Of a stretch of 32,000 nt of DNA, positions 1 through 8,317 are shown in pieces. The stretch is from assembly GCA_016743995.1 (NCBI GenBank), contig JADGFG010000017.1, positions 1 through 32,000 on the forward strand, read 5' to 3'. A program made the translations under genes and the position numbers. Position 1 is the first letter of the stretch. The number at the start of each line of letters is the position of its first letter. Below the pieces are notes generated by a model. The model saw only the letters and a list, made by a program, of their open reading frames with translations, was not told the DNA's origin and did not search any database. Origin of the DNA: Kangiellaceae bacterium. Its GTDB lineage: Bacteria; Pseudomonadota; Gammaproteobacteria; Enterobacterales; Kangiellaceae.

Positions 1-548
1 ATAAGATGGTGCTTCAAACCACCCGCAATGTGCAATAACGCCAGAACAATAATTGAATACGCCAACCACTTATGAATACCCCCTGCGACATCCTCCTGAT
101 TGTTAAAAATGAAAGGTAATGAAGGAATTTCAAACCATTGAAAAAAAAGTAATCCTCGATGATCAGAAGTAACAATAAGGTATCCACTAATCACTACAAA
201 AATAATAAGTATATAAAGTATTAAATGAGTAATTTTACTCAGCATCGACTCCCACCTGGAATGCGTCGATAAGGATACGATTGCCCCTTCTTTTAAACGC
301 CAGAATATTCTGAATAAAATAATGACCGCTAACAATATACCAACACTAGAATGTAGATGTGGTGCGTCCTGATACCAACTGCTGTAATAATCTAGCTCAA
401 CCATCCAGAACCCCAACGCAAATAACCCAAAAATTAGCACCGCCACCAACCAGTGTAATATTTTACTCACCGCACTATAACCTTTCTGGTAGCGACTTTG
501 AGTGTTCCTGAAAATACGTCGCGATGTATCTCGAGTAATTTTTGTCAT
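1..548 (-). CDS. Cytochrome b561-family di-haem membrane protein (CybB-like); C-terminal end cut by the window edge
   Basis: Absent from the ORF track because there is no stop inside the window. ATG lies at 548-546 on the minus strand. My hand translation stays open to position 1: MTKITRDTSRRIFRNTQSRYQKGYSAVSKILHWLVAVLIFGLFALGFWMVELDYYSSWYQDAPHLHSSVGILLAVIILFRIFWRLKEGAIVSLSTHSRWESMLSKITHLILYILIIFVVISGYLIVTSDHRGLLFFQWFEIPSLPFIFNNQEDVAGGIHKWLAYSIIVLALLHIAGGLKHHL. It has four hydrophobic helices with conserved His positions (HWL, HL, IHKW, LLH..HH), as in cytochrome b561. Confidence 0.75.
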   Translation of the reverse strand, partial: MTKITRDTSRRIFRNTQSRYQKGYSAVSKILHWLVAVLIFGLFALGFWMVELDYYSSWYQDAPHLHSSVGILLAVIILFRIFWRLKEGAIVSLSTHSRWESMLSKITHLILYILIIFVVISGYLIVTSDHRGLLFFQWFEIPSLPFIFNNQEDVAGGIHKWLAYSIIVLALLHIAGGLKHHL

Positions 549-611
549 CATATCTACTCTACAGTAATCACTCCACCAATATCAGGGCTGGCAACGGTAC
601 TGACTAACGGT

Positions 612-659
612 TAACTTGCTTAATGCCAGACTTTCTTAATACCCGACTTTCCTAATACC
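612..659. repeat. Three tandem 16-bp direct repeats upstream of the cytochrome b561 gene
   Basis: The units are taacttgcttaatgcc (612-627), agactttcttaatacc (628-643) and cgactttcctaatacc (644-659). Units 2 and 3 match at 14/16 and units 1 and 2 at 12/16. The array lies between the aminopeptidase stop (691) and the b561 start (548). Confidence 0.6.
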
Positions 660-690
660 AGGTTTAGCACTTGTCATTTCGCCAATCAAT

Positions 691-2244
691 TTATTTCGAC
701 AAATAGCGTGCAGCCAGAGCGACTAACGGTGCGCCCGTTGGCTTTCCATGCTGCCAGTTCCCCCCCTCGACACCACTACCGGCAATGTCAATATGGGTAT
801 AACACAAAGGCGTTTCTGATCTTGCGTGATGTTTGTCCAGCCCCGAAGATAACGCCAGAAATGCCATGGGGAACTGATGACCTCGCGCCACACTCACCGA
901 TGGGCCATTATTTGAAGAAAGTACATCGTCAGCCTGAGTATGGGGTTTAATCATATCCCAGTCTTCTCTTCGCGAACGTCCGGCTTCAATACAATCTCCC
1001 CAGGCTTCTCCTGCCGTTTCCAATTGCTGAGTCACTCGATTTTGTCGCGCTGCGCCATTATCAATCATAATGGTATAGGGGCCAACCGACAGAGCAGCAT
1101 GACCTGTCAGAGTTGCAATGGTCATTAACTCTGGAGAGACTTCATTTTTTGCAATTTCTCGCCCCTGAGACAGCAGGTCAGCCATTACCAGACGACCCTC
1201 GGCATCAGTATTACCAATTCTGACTCGAACACCGGAATGCGCTTTAATAATTTCATCAGCGACAAAACAATCCGAACCAATGCTATTACGCACCACTCCC
1301 AGGTAAGCAACAACCTTTAGTCCTTTCGGTTTCAACTGCGCAACCGTTTTAACAAAGCCAGCCACCGCTGCTGCGCCTCCCTTATCGCGACTCATTCCAG
1401 CCATGTGACCGCCCACTTTTACATCTGCGCCACCGGTATCATAAGTCACCGCTTTTCCAACCAGAATAAGCGTTTTTTCAATGGGGCCATCTCCTTCATA
1501 AACCATTTTGACTACTCGAGGCTGATGTCGCTTAACCTGTTGAGAAGCCCTTGCTACTGCCGCTAATAAAGGAAATTGTTGCTCAATGGTTTCTCTGTCT
1601 TTTATTACGCTCACCTGTACACTGGTTCCCTGCATCGCCTGCTCACAATAATCTGCAAAATGTGGTGGTGAAAAACGTTCAGGCTCTGTACCAGCGAGAT
1701 CTCTTGCGAGCCGCCGTCCACTTTCTACAGCCATCAGGTAAGGAATATCGATAGTTTCAGTTGTAAAAAGCGTTATCGACCTGACGGGCTCAACCACATT
1801 TTCCTGTAGCGATTCTCTGGCTTCAAGTGGTTGCCACAACCTCTGACAGGCACTCAGATAACACACTTCTATCGCCCGCAGAAACTCATCTCCTAAAGGG
1901 ATACCGTCAACAATAATTAGTGGATTCACACTACCGGTATTTTTTGCCAGCGCGATAGCCTTTGCCGCTGCATCACCAAAATTACGAACATCGTCATAAT
2001 CTCGGTCAACGAGCCCCGTGGGCGAATGAATGAAACGTCCACCGGCCAATAACGGAGAATGAATCATAACCACTTCATTACCCAGTCGATTATCAATCTC
2101 TCGAGTTTCAGCCAACAATTGCGTAATCGCGGGATCAATATCACTACTCACCTGGCTGCTCACCAGAATGACACAGTCATTAATTTTATTTTTTACTAGC
2201 AGACTTTCACTGTCATGAGTTTGTTTTAGCTGAGGAAATGCCAT
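691..2244 (-). CDS. M17-family leucyl aminopeptidase
   Basis: 517-aa ORF. The M17 signature NTDAEGRL is encoded at 1189-1212. The metal-ligand region VGKAVTYDTGGADVK is present. SD-like AAGGGG lies upstream of the ATG. Confidence 0.88.
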   Translation of the reverse strand: MAFPQLKQTHDSESLLVKNKINDCVILVSSQVSSDIDPAITQLLAETREIDNRLGNEVVMIHSPLLAGGRFIHSPTGLVDRDYDDVRNFGDAAAKAIALAKNTGSVNPLIIVDGIPLGDEFLRAIEVCYLSACQRLWQPLEARESLQENVVEPVRSITLFTTETIDIPYLMAVESGRRLARDLAGTEPERFSPPHFADYCEQAMQGTSVQVSVIKDRETIEQQFPLLAAVARASQQVKRHQPRVVKMVYEGDGPIEKTLILVGKAVTYDTGGADVKVGGHMAGMSRDKGGAAAVAGFVKTVAQLKPKGLKVVAYLGVVRNSIGSDCFVADEIIKAHSGVRVRIGNTDAEGRLVMADLLSQGREIAKNEVSPELMTIATLTGHAALSVGPYTIMIDNGAARQNRVTQQLETAGEAWGDCIEAGRSRREDWDMIKPHTQADDVLSSNNGPSVSVARGHQFPMAFLALSSGLDKHHARSETPLCYTHIDIAGSGVEGGNWQHGKPTGAPLVALAARYLSK

Positions 2245-2390
2245 CGTAACCCCTTATTTTTTATTAAAGATTAAACGATTCAACTGGCTTCCATTCCAAT
2301 TGCATATTTGCTTTATTATTTAAGCATGAACTTTGCGTTTAAGTATATACCCAAACCTCTTGAAGATGCAGGATTCAGGGACAAGCCAGG

Positions 2391-4166
2391 TTAATGAGAA
2401 TGACGCGGCATTTTACTGGCGATATTTCGATATTTGACCATTTCATCAAACACTGCGCCTTCATCCAGGTCAGACACATTCTGACGATAGATTTCCTGCC
2501 ACCAGGTCTGGTTCGGCCTGATATCAAGCTTTAACTTTTCTCGCCTGGCATTCAATTCCTGCTCACCAAGTAAAACATCTACCGTATTGCAATTGAGATC
2601 AACTCGAATACGGTCACCATTTTTTAACAACGCCAACCCACCACCATTTGCCGCCTCTGGTGAAGCATTTAAAATTGATGGCGCACTGGAAGTACCACTC
2701 TGACGTCCATCTCCCAATGTTGGTAACGCATCAATACCTTGCTTCAACAAATAGTCGGGTGGCTGCATATTAACCACTTCTGCCGAACCAGGATAACCTT
2801 TAGGGCCGGTACCTCGCATCACCAATATCGAATTTTCATCAATATTAAGCTCAGGACTTTCAATGTCCTGATGATAGTGTTCAGGTCCCTCAAATACAAC
2901 GGCATTGGCAATAAACACATTGGGAGTATTATCATCAGAAAGATAACGGGTTTTAAAAGCTTCATCGATAGCAGAAACTTTCATAACCGCTGAGTCAAAC
3001 AGATTACCTGTCATTACCATCAAACCTGCTGCCTCACTAACAGGCGAAGCAACTGTTTTAATCACTCGAGAATCAAACACTTCTGCGCTCGCACAATTTT
3101 CAGCAATCGTTTTACCCGTAACCGTCAACGCTTCAGGTTCAATCAGTTGATGAGCCATTAACTCTTTGAGTACTGCCGGAACGCCACCTGCTCGGTGAAA
3201 CTCCTCAGCAAGATACTCACCAACGGGCTGGCAATTAACAATATGTGGAATTGCCTGGCCATGGGTTTGCCAATCCTGAATTTCCAGACTAACGCCCGCA
3301 TGTCTGGCCAGTGCATTAATATGGACTGGTGCGTTGGTCGAACCGCCAATGGCAGAACAGGTAACTATCGCATTTTTAAATGCCTGTTGGGTTAAAATTT
3401 TATCTGGTGTGAGATCTTCCCAAACCATATCAACCACTCTTTTTCCTGATAAATAAGCCATCTGTGCCCTTTCTCGATAAGGGGCTGGTATTGACGCACA
3501 ACCTGGCAACATCATCCCCAACGCTTCTGCCAGAGAGTTCATTGTTAATGCAGTTCCCATCGTATTACAGTGACCCGCAGAAGGCGCTGAACTTGCGGCC
3601 ATCTGCATAAACTCTTCATAATTAATCTCGCCGCGAGACAGCGCTTTTCGTGCCGCCCAGATAATGGTGCCCGATCCGGCACACTGGCCTTTATAATCAC
3701 CATTAAGCATAGGCCCACCAGAAAACGCAATGGCAGGTAAATTAACACTGGCAGCAGCCATTAATAAAGCCGGGGTAGTCTTGTCGCAACCGGTGGTTAA
3801 TACAACCCCATCAATGGGATATCCATGTAGTATTTCAATCAGTGATAAACACTGTAAGTTTCTATCAAGTGCAGCGGTTGGTCTGCGCCCGGTTTCCTGA
3901 ATGGGGTGAACCGGAAATTCTAACGGAATACCACCAGCATCTCTAATACCATCCTTAATCCGTTTTGCAAACTCAAGATGACAACGGTTACAAGGCACCA
4001 GGTCTGAACCGGTTTGCGCAATACCAATAATCGGACGGTCTGATTGAAGCTCATCGATAGTTAATCCAAAGTTCAAATAACGCTCCAGATAAAGCGCTGT
4101 CATCCCGGGATCTAATGGATTATTAAACCACTCTCGACTTCTTAACTGACTGGGATCTTTACTCAT
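2391..4166 (-). CDS. IlvD/Edd-family sugar-acid dehydratase (context suggests D-galactonate dehydratase)
   Basis: 591 aa. IlvD/Edd hallmarks are GCDKTTPALLMAAA and AGHCNTMGTALTMN (Fe-S ligand regions). It is the last gene after dgoK-dgoA, with a 31-nt gap. SD-like AAGGTAA lies before the ATG. Confidence 0.85.
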   Translation of the reverse strand: MSKDPSQLRSREWFNNPLDPGMTALYLERYLNFGLTIDELQSDRPIIGIAQTGSDLVPCNRCHLEFAKRIKDGIRDAGGIPLEFPVHPIQETGRRPTAALDRNLQCLSLIEILHGYPIDGVVLTTGCDKTTPALLMAAASVNLPAIAFSGGPMLNGDYKGQCAGSGTIIWAARKALSRGEINYEEFMQMAASSAPSAGHCNTMGTALTMNSLAEALGMMLPGCASIPAPYRERAQMAYLSGKRVVDMVWEDLTPDKILTQQAFKNAIVTCSAIGGSTNAPVHINALARHAGVSLEIQDWQTHGQAIPHIVNCQPVGEYLAEEFHRAGGVPAVLKELMAHQLIEPEALTVTGKTIAENCASAEVFDSRVIKTVASPVSEAAGLMVMTGNLFDSAVMKVSAIDEAFKTRYLSDDNTPNVFIANAVVFEGPEHYHQDIESPELNIDENSILVMRGTGPKGYPGSAEVVNMQPPDYLLKQGIDALPTLGDGRQSGTSSAPSILNASPEAANGGGLALLKNGDRIRVDLNCNTVDVLLGEQELNARREKLKLDIRPNQTWWQEIYRQNVSDLDEGAVFDEMVKYRNIASKMPRHSH

Positions 4167-4197
4167 AGTGATATTACCTTAATATTATCTGGTCAGA

Positions 4198-4827
4198 TTA
4201 CCTGGCCAACTTTACAACTTCAACAATTTCCAGGGCACTACTCCTGACTTGTTCTATGCTTTTATCTGGTGTAAACAACGACGAACCGATACCGAACCCC
4301 GAAACCCCAGCCTGAATATACTGCGGCATATTATCTTTGGTGATCCCGCCCACAGCGACACATAAAGTATCTCTGGGTAAAACGACCTTCATTGCTTTAA
4401 TGGCGGCAGGCGGTATATTTTCAGCTGGAAAAAACTTAAGCATATCGGCACCTGCTTTTAATGCCGAAAAAGCCTCTGTAGGTGTTGCGCAACCTGGAAC
4501 CGAAATCATGGATTGCTTTACCGTCTGTTTCACAACATCCTGGTCAAAATTTGGAGAAAAAATCAACTGCCCTCCAGCTCGTTTAACTGCATCAACTTGC
4601 TCTACCGTTAAAACAGTACCCGCACCAATAATCACCTGTGAACCAAAAGCCTCACTCATTCTGGCAATCGACTCTAGCGCCTCATCAGACATTAATGGTA
4701 CTTCTATAATCGTAAATCCTGTAGCAATCAGCGTTTCCGTAACTTCAATACACTGTTCAGGTCTGATACCTCTTAAAATGGCAATCAGCGGACATTTTTT
4801 CAAACTTGATTTTAGTAATTTTTTCAT
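4198..4827 (-). CDS. dgoA: 2-dehydro-3-deoxy-6-phosphogalactonate (KDPGal) aldolase
   Basis: 209 aa, collinear with remembered E. coli DgoA: PLIAILRGI.P, IEVPL, IGAGTVL..EQVD, PGCATPTEAFSALKAGA..LK.FP, AVGG. It starts 9 nt downstream of dgoK. Confidence 0.9.
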   Translation of the reverse strand: MKKLLKSSLKKCPLIAILRGIRPEQCIEVTETLIATGFTIIEVPLMSDEALESIARMSEAFGSQVIIGAGTVLTVEQVDAVKRAGGQLIFSPNFDQDVVKQTVKQSMISVPGCATPTEAFSALKAGADMLKFFPAENIPPAAIKAMKVVLPRDTLCVAVGGITKDNMPQYIQAGVSGFGIGSSLFTPDKSIEQVRSSALEIVEVVKLAR

Positions 4828-4836
4828 TTCAGATAA

Positions 4837-5772
4837 TCAGATAAAATTTGTTTTTGCAATTTCAAAAGAACCCTGAATAAAAACTTCATCAGGGTCGGTT
4901 TGTACGGCTTTCATTCCATAAACTTCACTGGCTTTACTATAAAGCTGTTGTAGCTCAGGAGAGCCCACTAATATAAACTCAGAATATTCCGGGTACAATT
5001 GCTTTGCCCCGTGAAATTCATTGCCAATAATCATTCCTGACAAAAATGAATTCACATCTTTTTCATCCAGTGCATTGAGCAAAACGCCAGAACGAGCTTT
5101 AAAGACCTGATGTAACAATCCACCTTTTTCCTGACTGAAGGCAACACCCCGTAAAAATACAGAGTCATTCATTTTTTCAGTGGTAGCTTCATCCTCCAAA
5201 GCAGTACGGGTCAGCGAACTATGCTGCCTCAACGTCGCATAGAGTTCTCCAGTAAAAAAAGTCGAAAAGCCAGTCAGACTACCCCGGTTAACCTCTGCCC
5301 ACTTACTATGAGTACCAGGCAAGCAAACCAATCCTGTTAATTTATTCAGCAACTTCAATGCGCCAAAAATCTGAATTTCTTCACCACGCATCACATCGCT
5401 GGAAAAATCAGTTTCACCACAACAGACTCCTGGAATAATATTCAACTGATGAGTTAATGCTATTTTCTCAGAGTCAGCTAACTCTATCGAAATCAGCCTG
5501 TCAGATAATTGCCCGGCAGTGACCGGACAACTGAGGTAAGGCGTTTCCTGCCAGCCATTTCGACTGCCAACCATACCAGACATTAATACAGGCAACCCGG
5601 GGTACCTGCCAAGCCATAGCTGACAGACTTCCGCTAAATAACCAGCAAAATCATTTTTAGCAAACTGAAAAATCCCCTGGCTGGTTTTAATTTCATCCAG
5701 CTTTTCTCCCTCATCACTGATTAAAAAAGCACGAAAACAGGAAGAGCCCCAATCAACACTGATAAACGGCAT
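4837..5772 (-). CDS. dgoK: 2-dehydro-3-deoxygalactonokinase
   Basis: 311 aa. DgoK-like blocks are ISVDWGSS.FRA, MSGMVGSRNGWQETPYLSCP, VMRGEEIQIFGA, LPGTHSKWAEV, FFTGELYATL and SFLSGMIIGNE. Its start overlaps the SDR stop by 1 nt (TAATG). Confidence 0.9.
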   Translation of the reverse strand: MPFISVDWGSSCFRAFLISDEGEKLDEIKTSQGIFQFAKNDFAGYLAEVCQLWLGRYPGLPVLMSGMVGSRNGWQETPYLSCPVTAGQLSDRLISIELADSEKIALTHQLNIIPGVCCGETDFSSDVMRGEEIQIFGALKLLNKLTGLVCLPGTHSKWAEVNRGSLTGFSTFFTGELYATLRQHSSLTRTALEDEATTEKMNDSVFLRGVAFSQEKGGLLHQVFKARSGVLLNALDEKDVNSFLSGMIIGNEFHGAKQLYPEYSEFILVGSPELQQLYSKASEVYGMKAVQTDPDEVFIQGSFEIAKTNFI

Positions 5773-6536
5773 TATACACGCCCTCCATCAACAATCAGAT
5801 TTTGCCCGGTAATCATCTTTGATGCCTCTGATGCAAGAAATAACGCCGTATTGGCAATATCCTGCTCAGAAACTGTCGACTTTAAACACTGCTGTGACAG
5901 ACATTCATCAACCGCTTCTGGCGTTGCCCAAAGTTGCTTCTGACGTTGCGTCATTACCCAGCCAGGAATGAGCGTATTCACCCGAATAGCATATTCTCCC
6001 AACTCTCTTGCTAACGCTTTACTTAACCCTGTAATTCCGGCTTTTGCCGTAACGTACGCAGGATATCCAGATAACCCCAGCAAAGCAGAATTTGAACCGA
6101 CATTAATAATACTCCCCTGCCCGCTCTGCTTCATTCCTTCTACCACCGCCTGCGCGGTAAAAAAATGAGGCCTCAGATTAACATTCATTGATGCATCCCA
6201 CTGTGCTGCAGACAAACTATCTAATTGATGACGACTATCATTAGCCGCATTATTAATAAGTACTTCAATATCACCAGTTACCTCACCAATCTGAGCAATG
6301 GCACTTTTAATCTGAGTAACATCGGTTACATCACAGTGAACAAATAACGGTCTGATACCCGTAAGCTCTTCCACCTCAATACAAAGCGCATGTGATTCTT
6401 CATCATCGATAGAAATAAAACTGACTCGTGCTCCCTGTTGAGAGAAGTTCCTGACCATTGAAGCACCAATACCGGAGCCACCACCGGTAATCAATATTGT
6501 TTTGTTTTTTAGATCGTTATAATTTGATAAGGTCAC
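5772..6536 (-). CDS. Short-chain dehydrogenase/reductase (SDR); context suggests an aldose (galactose) 1-dehydrogenase
   Basis: 254 aa. Classical SDR motifs are present: TGGGSGIG, NNAA and the S...YxxxK catalytic set (SGYPAYVTAKAG). The substrate is inferred from operon context only. Confidence 0.85.
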   Translation of the reverse strand: MTLSNYNDLKNKTILITGGGSGIGASMVRNFSQQGARVSFISIDDEESHALCIEVEELTGIRPLFVHCDVTDVTQIKSAIAQIGEVTGDIEVLINNAANDSRHQLDSLSAAQWDASMNVNLRPHFFTAQAVVEGMKQSGQGSIINVGSNSALLGLSGYPAYVTAKAGITGLSKALARELGEYAIRVNTLIPGWVMTQRQKQLWATPEAVDECLSQQCLKSTVSEQDIANTALFLASEASKMITGQNLIVDGGRV

Positions 6537-6585
6537 AATTTTGTTCCGTTTACACTTCGGGTAAAAAAGTTACAACAAGTACTCG

Positions 6586-6621
6586 ATGACTCAAACGTTC
6601 AAGACTTAACATTTGAGTCAT
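6586..6621 (-). other. Perfect 10-bp inverted repeat (hairpin) abutting the GntR-family gene stop codon
   Basis: atgactcaaa (6586-6595) and tttgagtcat (6612-6621) are exact reverse complements separated by a 16-nt loop. On the minus strand a T6 run follows about 20 nt later, so this is not a textbook intrinsic terminator. Confidence 0.45.
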
Positions 6622-7331
6622 TACAATTCTGTCAGCTGCTCATCAATAAGCTTTAACGCTTCCAGCAATATTTGACGAGAAGCCACGCGCGCTTCCTCTG
6701 CATTAGTAGATGCAATAGCCAGAAAGATATCATTATGGTCATTAAAGCTCGCGGCACTCACACCTTTAATTTTATTGGTATAACGAATACTGACTCTTAA
6801 TGCGGTTTCAATAAAATCAACTAGCTGAATAAAAAATGGATTATTGCTGGCAATTAGCAGGCTCGAATGAAAGGCAATATCTGCATCGAGTACATCATCA
6901 AGCCCTTCTTCAGCTTTTTTCATTCGATACAGGGCATTCTCAATATTAAGCAGTCCTTGTCTGGTTACCTGATTCGCAGCCAGAGCGGCCGCTTCTGGCT
7001 CTATCGCAAGACGTAACTGTGTAAAATCTCTAAGCATGGTTAAACTGGGTGTACTATTTAAAATCCAGCCTAATACATCAGTATCAAACATATTCCAGTA
7101 TTGTTGCTCCTGAATACTGATTCCTTTTCTCGGGCGAGAAACTAACAATCCTTTTGCCGACAGCATCTTAACTGCCTCCCGCGTTGCAGTTCGGCTAATC
7201 CCAAATTCCTGACAAATTTCGGCTTCCGAAGGCAGACTTTTCTCGGTAGTATATCGCCCCTGTACTATCGCACTGCCCAACTTGTTAACCAGTTGCTGAG
7301 TGAGATTATTGCTGACATTAGTTTTCATCAT
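6621..7331 (-). CDS. GntR/FadR-family transcriptional regulator (probable regulator of the galactonate/galactose locus)
   Basis: 236 aa. N-terminal winged HTH: LPSEAEICQEFGISRTATREAVKMLSAKGLLVSRPRKG. The all-helical C-terminal half is of FCD type. It sits inside the sugar-acid operon, as DgoR-type regulators do. Confidence 0.85.
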   Translation of the reverse strand: MMKTNVSNNLTQQLVNKLGSAIVQGRYTTEKSLPSEAEICQEFGISRTATREAVKMLSAKGLLVSRPRKGISIQEQQYWNMFDTDVLGWILNSTPSLTMLRDFTQLRLAIEPEAAALAANQVTRQGLLNIENALYRMKKAEEGLDDVLDADIAFHSSLLIASNNPFFIQLVDFIETALRVSIRYTNKIKGVSAASFNDHNDIFLAIASTNAEEARVASRQILLEALKLIDEQLTEL

Positions 7332-7365
7332 TTTCAGTACACTACCTTAATCCAATTACTTCTAT

Positions 7366-8310
7366 TTAAATGTTTGTAAGCTTGCAAAAAGGCTCATCAA
7401 CGCTGAGAGCGGTTACTTTGTAAATAAACAAATTGCCTGCCTGGGGCTGATTTGATAATTGCTCTGGAGTGAGCTCATCTCTGGCACTCGTTACAAAAAG
7501 CAAGTCACCTTTTTTACCGCCTAAAGCAACGCAGGTTGGCTGAGTCACCGGTAATTCAATAACCAGATTTTCCTCTCCATCCGGGGAATATCTGACAACT
7601 CGACTACCTCCCCATTGTGCATTCCATAAAAATCCTTCCTTATCGACAGTCGAACCATCAGGAAAATAATTTTCAGGTGTTTTTACAAAAAGTGTTTTAT
7701 GACTTACCTCCGCCGTAGCCAGATTAAATCGATATCGATAAATTGAATGGCGCGGCGAATCTGCATGATATAAATATTGATTATCTGGACTCCAGCACAA
7801 ACCATTAGAAATTAAAATATCTGTTAATCGTCGATGACACACAGCCTGATCATCAATGCAATAAAGCGAACCAGAGACGCCAGCCGGATTAAGCGAGCCG
7901 TTTTCAATCATGCTGCCAACCCAGAAACGTCCCATTGCATCTGTTTTGCCATCATTCAAACGATTACCAGAATAATCAGCTTCTGGTCGAACCAACCAGT
8001 CCAGATTTTGTGTTAACAAATTATAAATTGCAATACCACGATCAAATGCCACCAGCAGAGTCATTTCATCATCAGTGAAACCAAATGAACACACAGGATA
8101 CGGCGTAATCCAGTAAGCTAACTCATGAACGGAAAGACAATACTTATATATCCTGTTCGACTTAATATCGGTCCACCAGATACTATCGCTTTCACGTCGA
8201 TAAATAACCCCCTCTCCAAGAACATTACTCACAGCAATAGTGCTGATCAATTCTGCACTGCTCAATTCAGAATTAATGTGCTCATTTTTTTCTCGCTCCC
8301 GGGATTTCAT
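7366..8310 (-). CDS. SMP-30/gluconolactonase/LRE-family lactonase (context suggests galactonolactonase)
   Basis: The ORF track gives 7366..8343 with a TTG start, which would overlap the symporter gene by 26 nt. I prefer the ATG at 8310 (MKSRE...), which has GGTGG upstream and lies 7 nt after the symporter stop. The sequence is beta-propeller-like (GEGVIYR...WWTDI, NDGKTDAMGRFWVG, SNGLCWSPD, PDGSTVDKEGFLWNAQWGG), typical of SMP-30 lactonases. Confidence 0.8.
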   Translation of the reverse strand: MKSREREKNEHINSELSSAELISTIAVSNVLGEGVIYRRESDSIWWTDIKSNRIYKYCLSVHELAYWITPYPVCSFGFTDDEMTLLVAFDRGIAIYNLLTQNLDWLVRPEADYSGNRLNDGKTDAMGRFWVGSMIENGSLNPAGVSGSLYCIDDQAVCHRRLTDILISNGLCWSPDNQYLYHADSPRHSIYRYRFNLATAEVSHKTLFVKTPENYFPDGSTVDKEGFLWNAQWGGSRVVRYSPDGEENLVIELPVTQPTCVALGGKKGDLLFVTSARDELTPEQLSNQPQAGNLFIYKVTALSVDEPFCKLTNI

Positions 8311-8317
8311 CAACGAA

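Noticed and set aside
4337-4876. 179-aa plus-strand ORF antisense to dgoA and the end of dgoK
   Set aside because: It lies entirely opposite two genes with strong, collinear family matches. The translation is low-complexity (Ala/Ser/Ile/Thr-rich) with no recognisable motif or ribosome-binding site. It is a typical shadow ORF.
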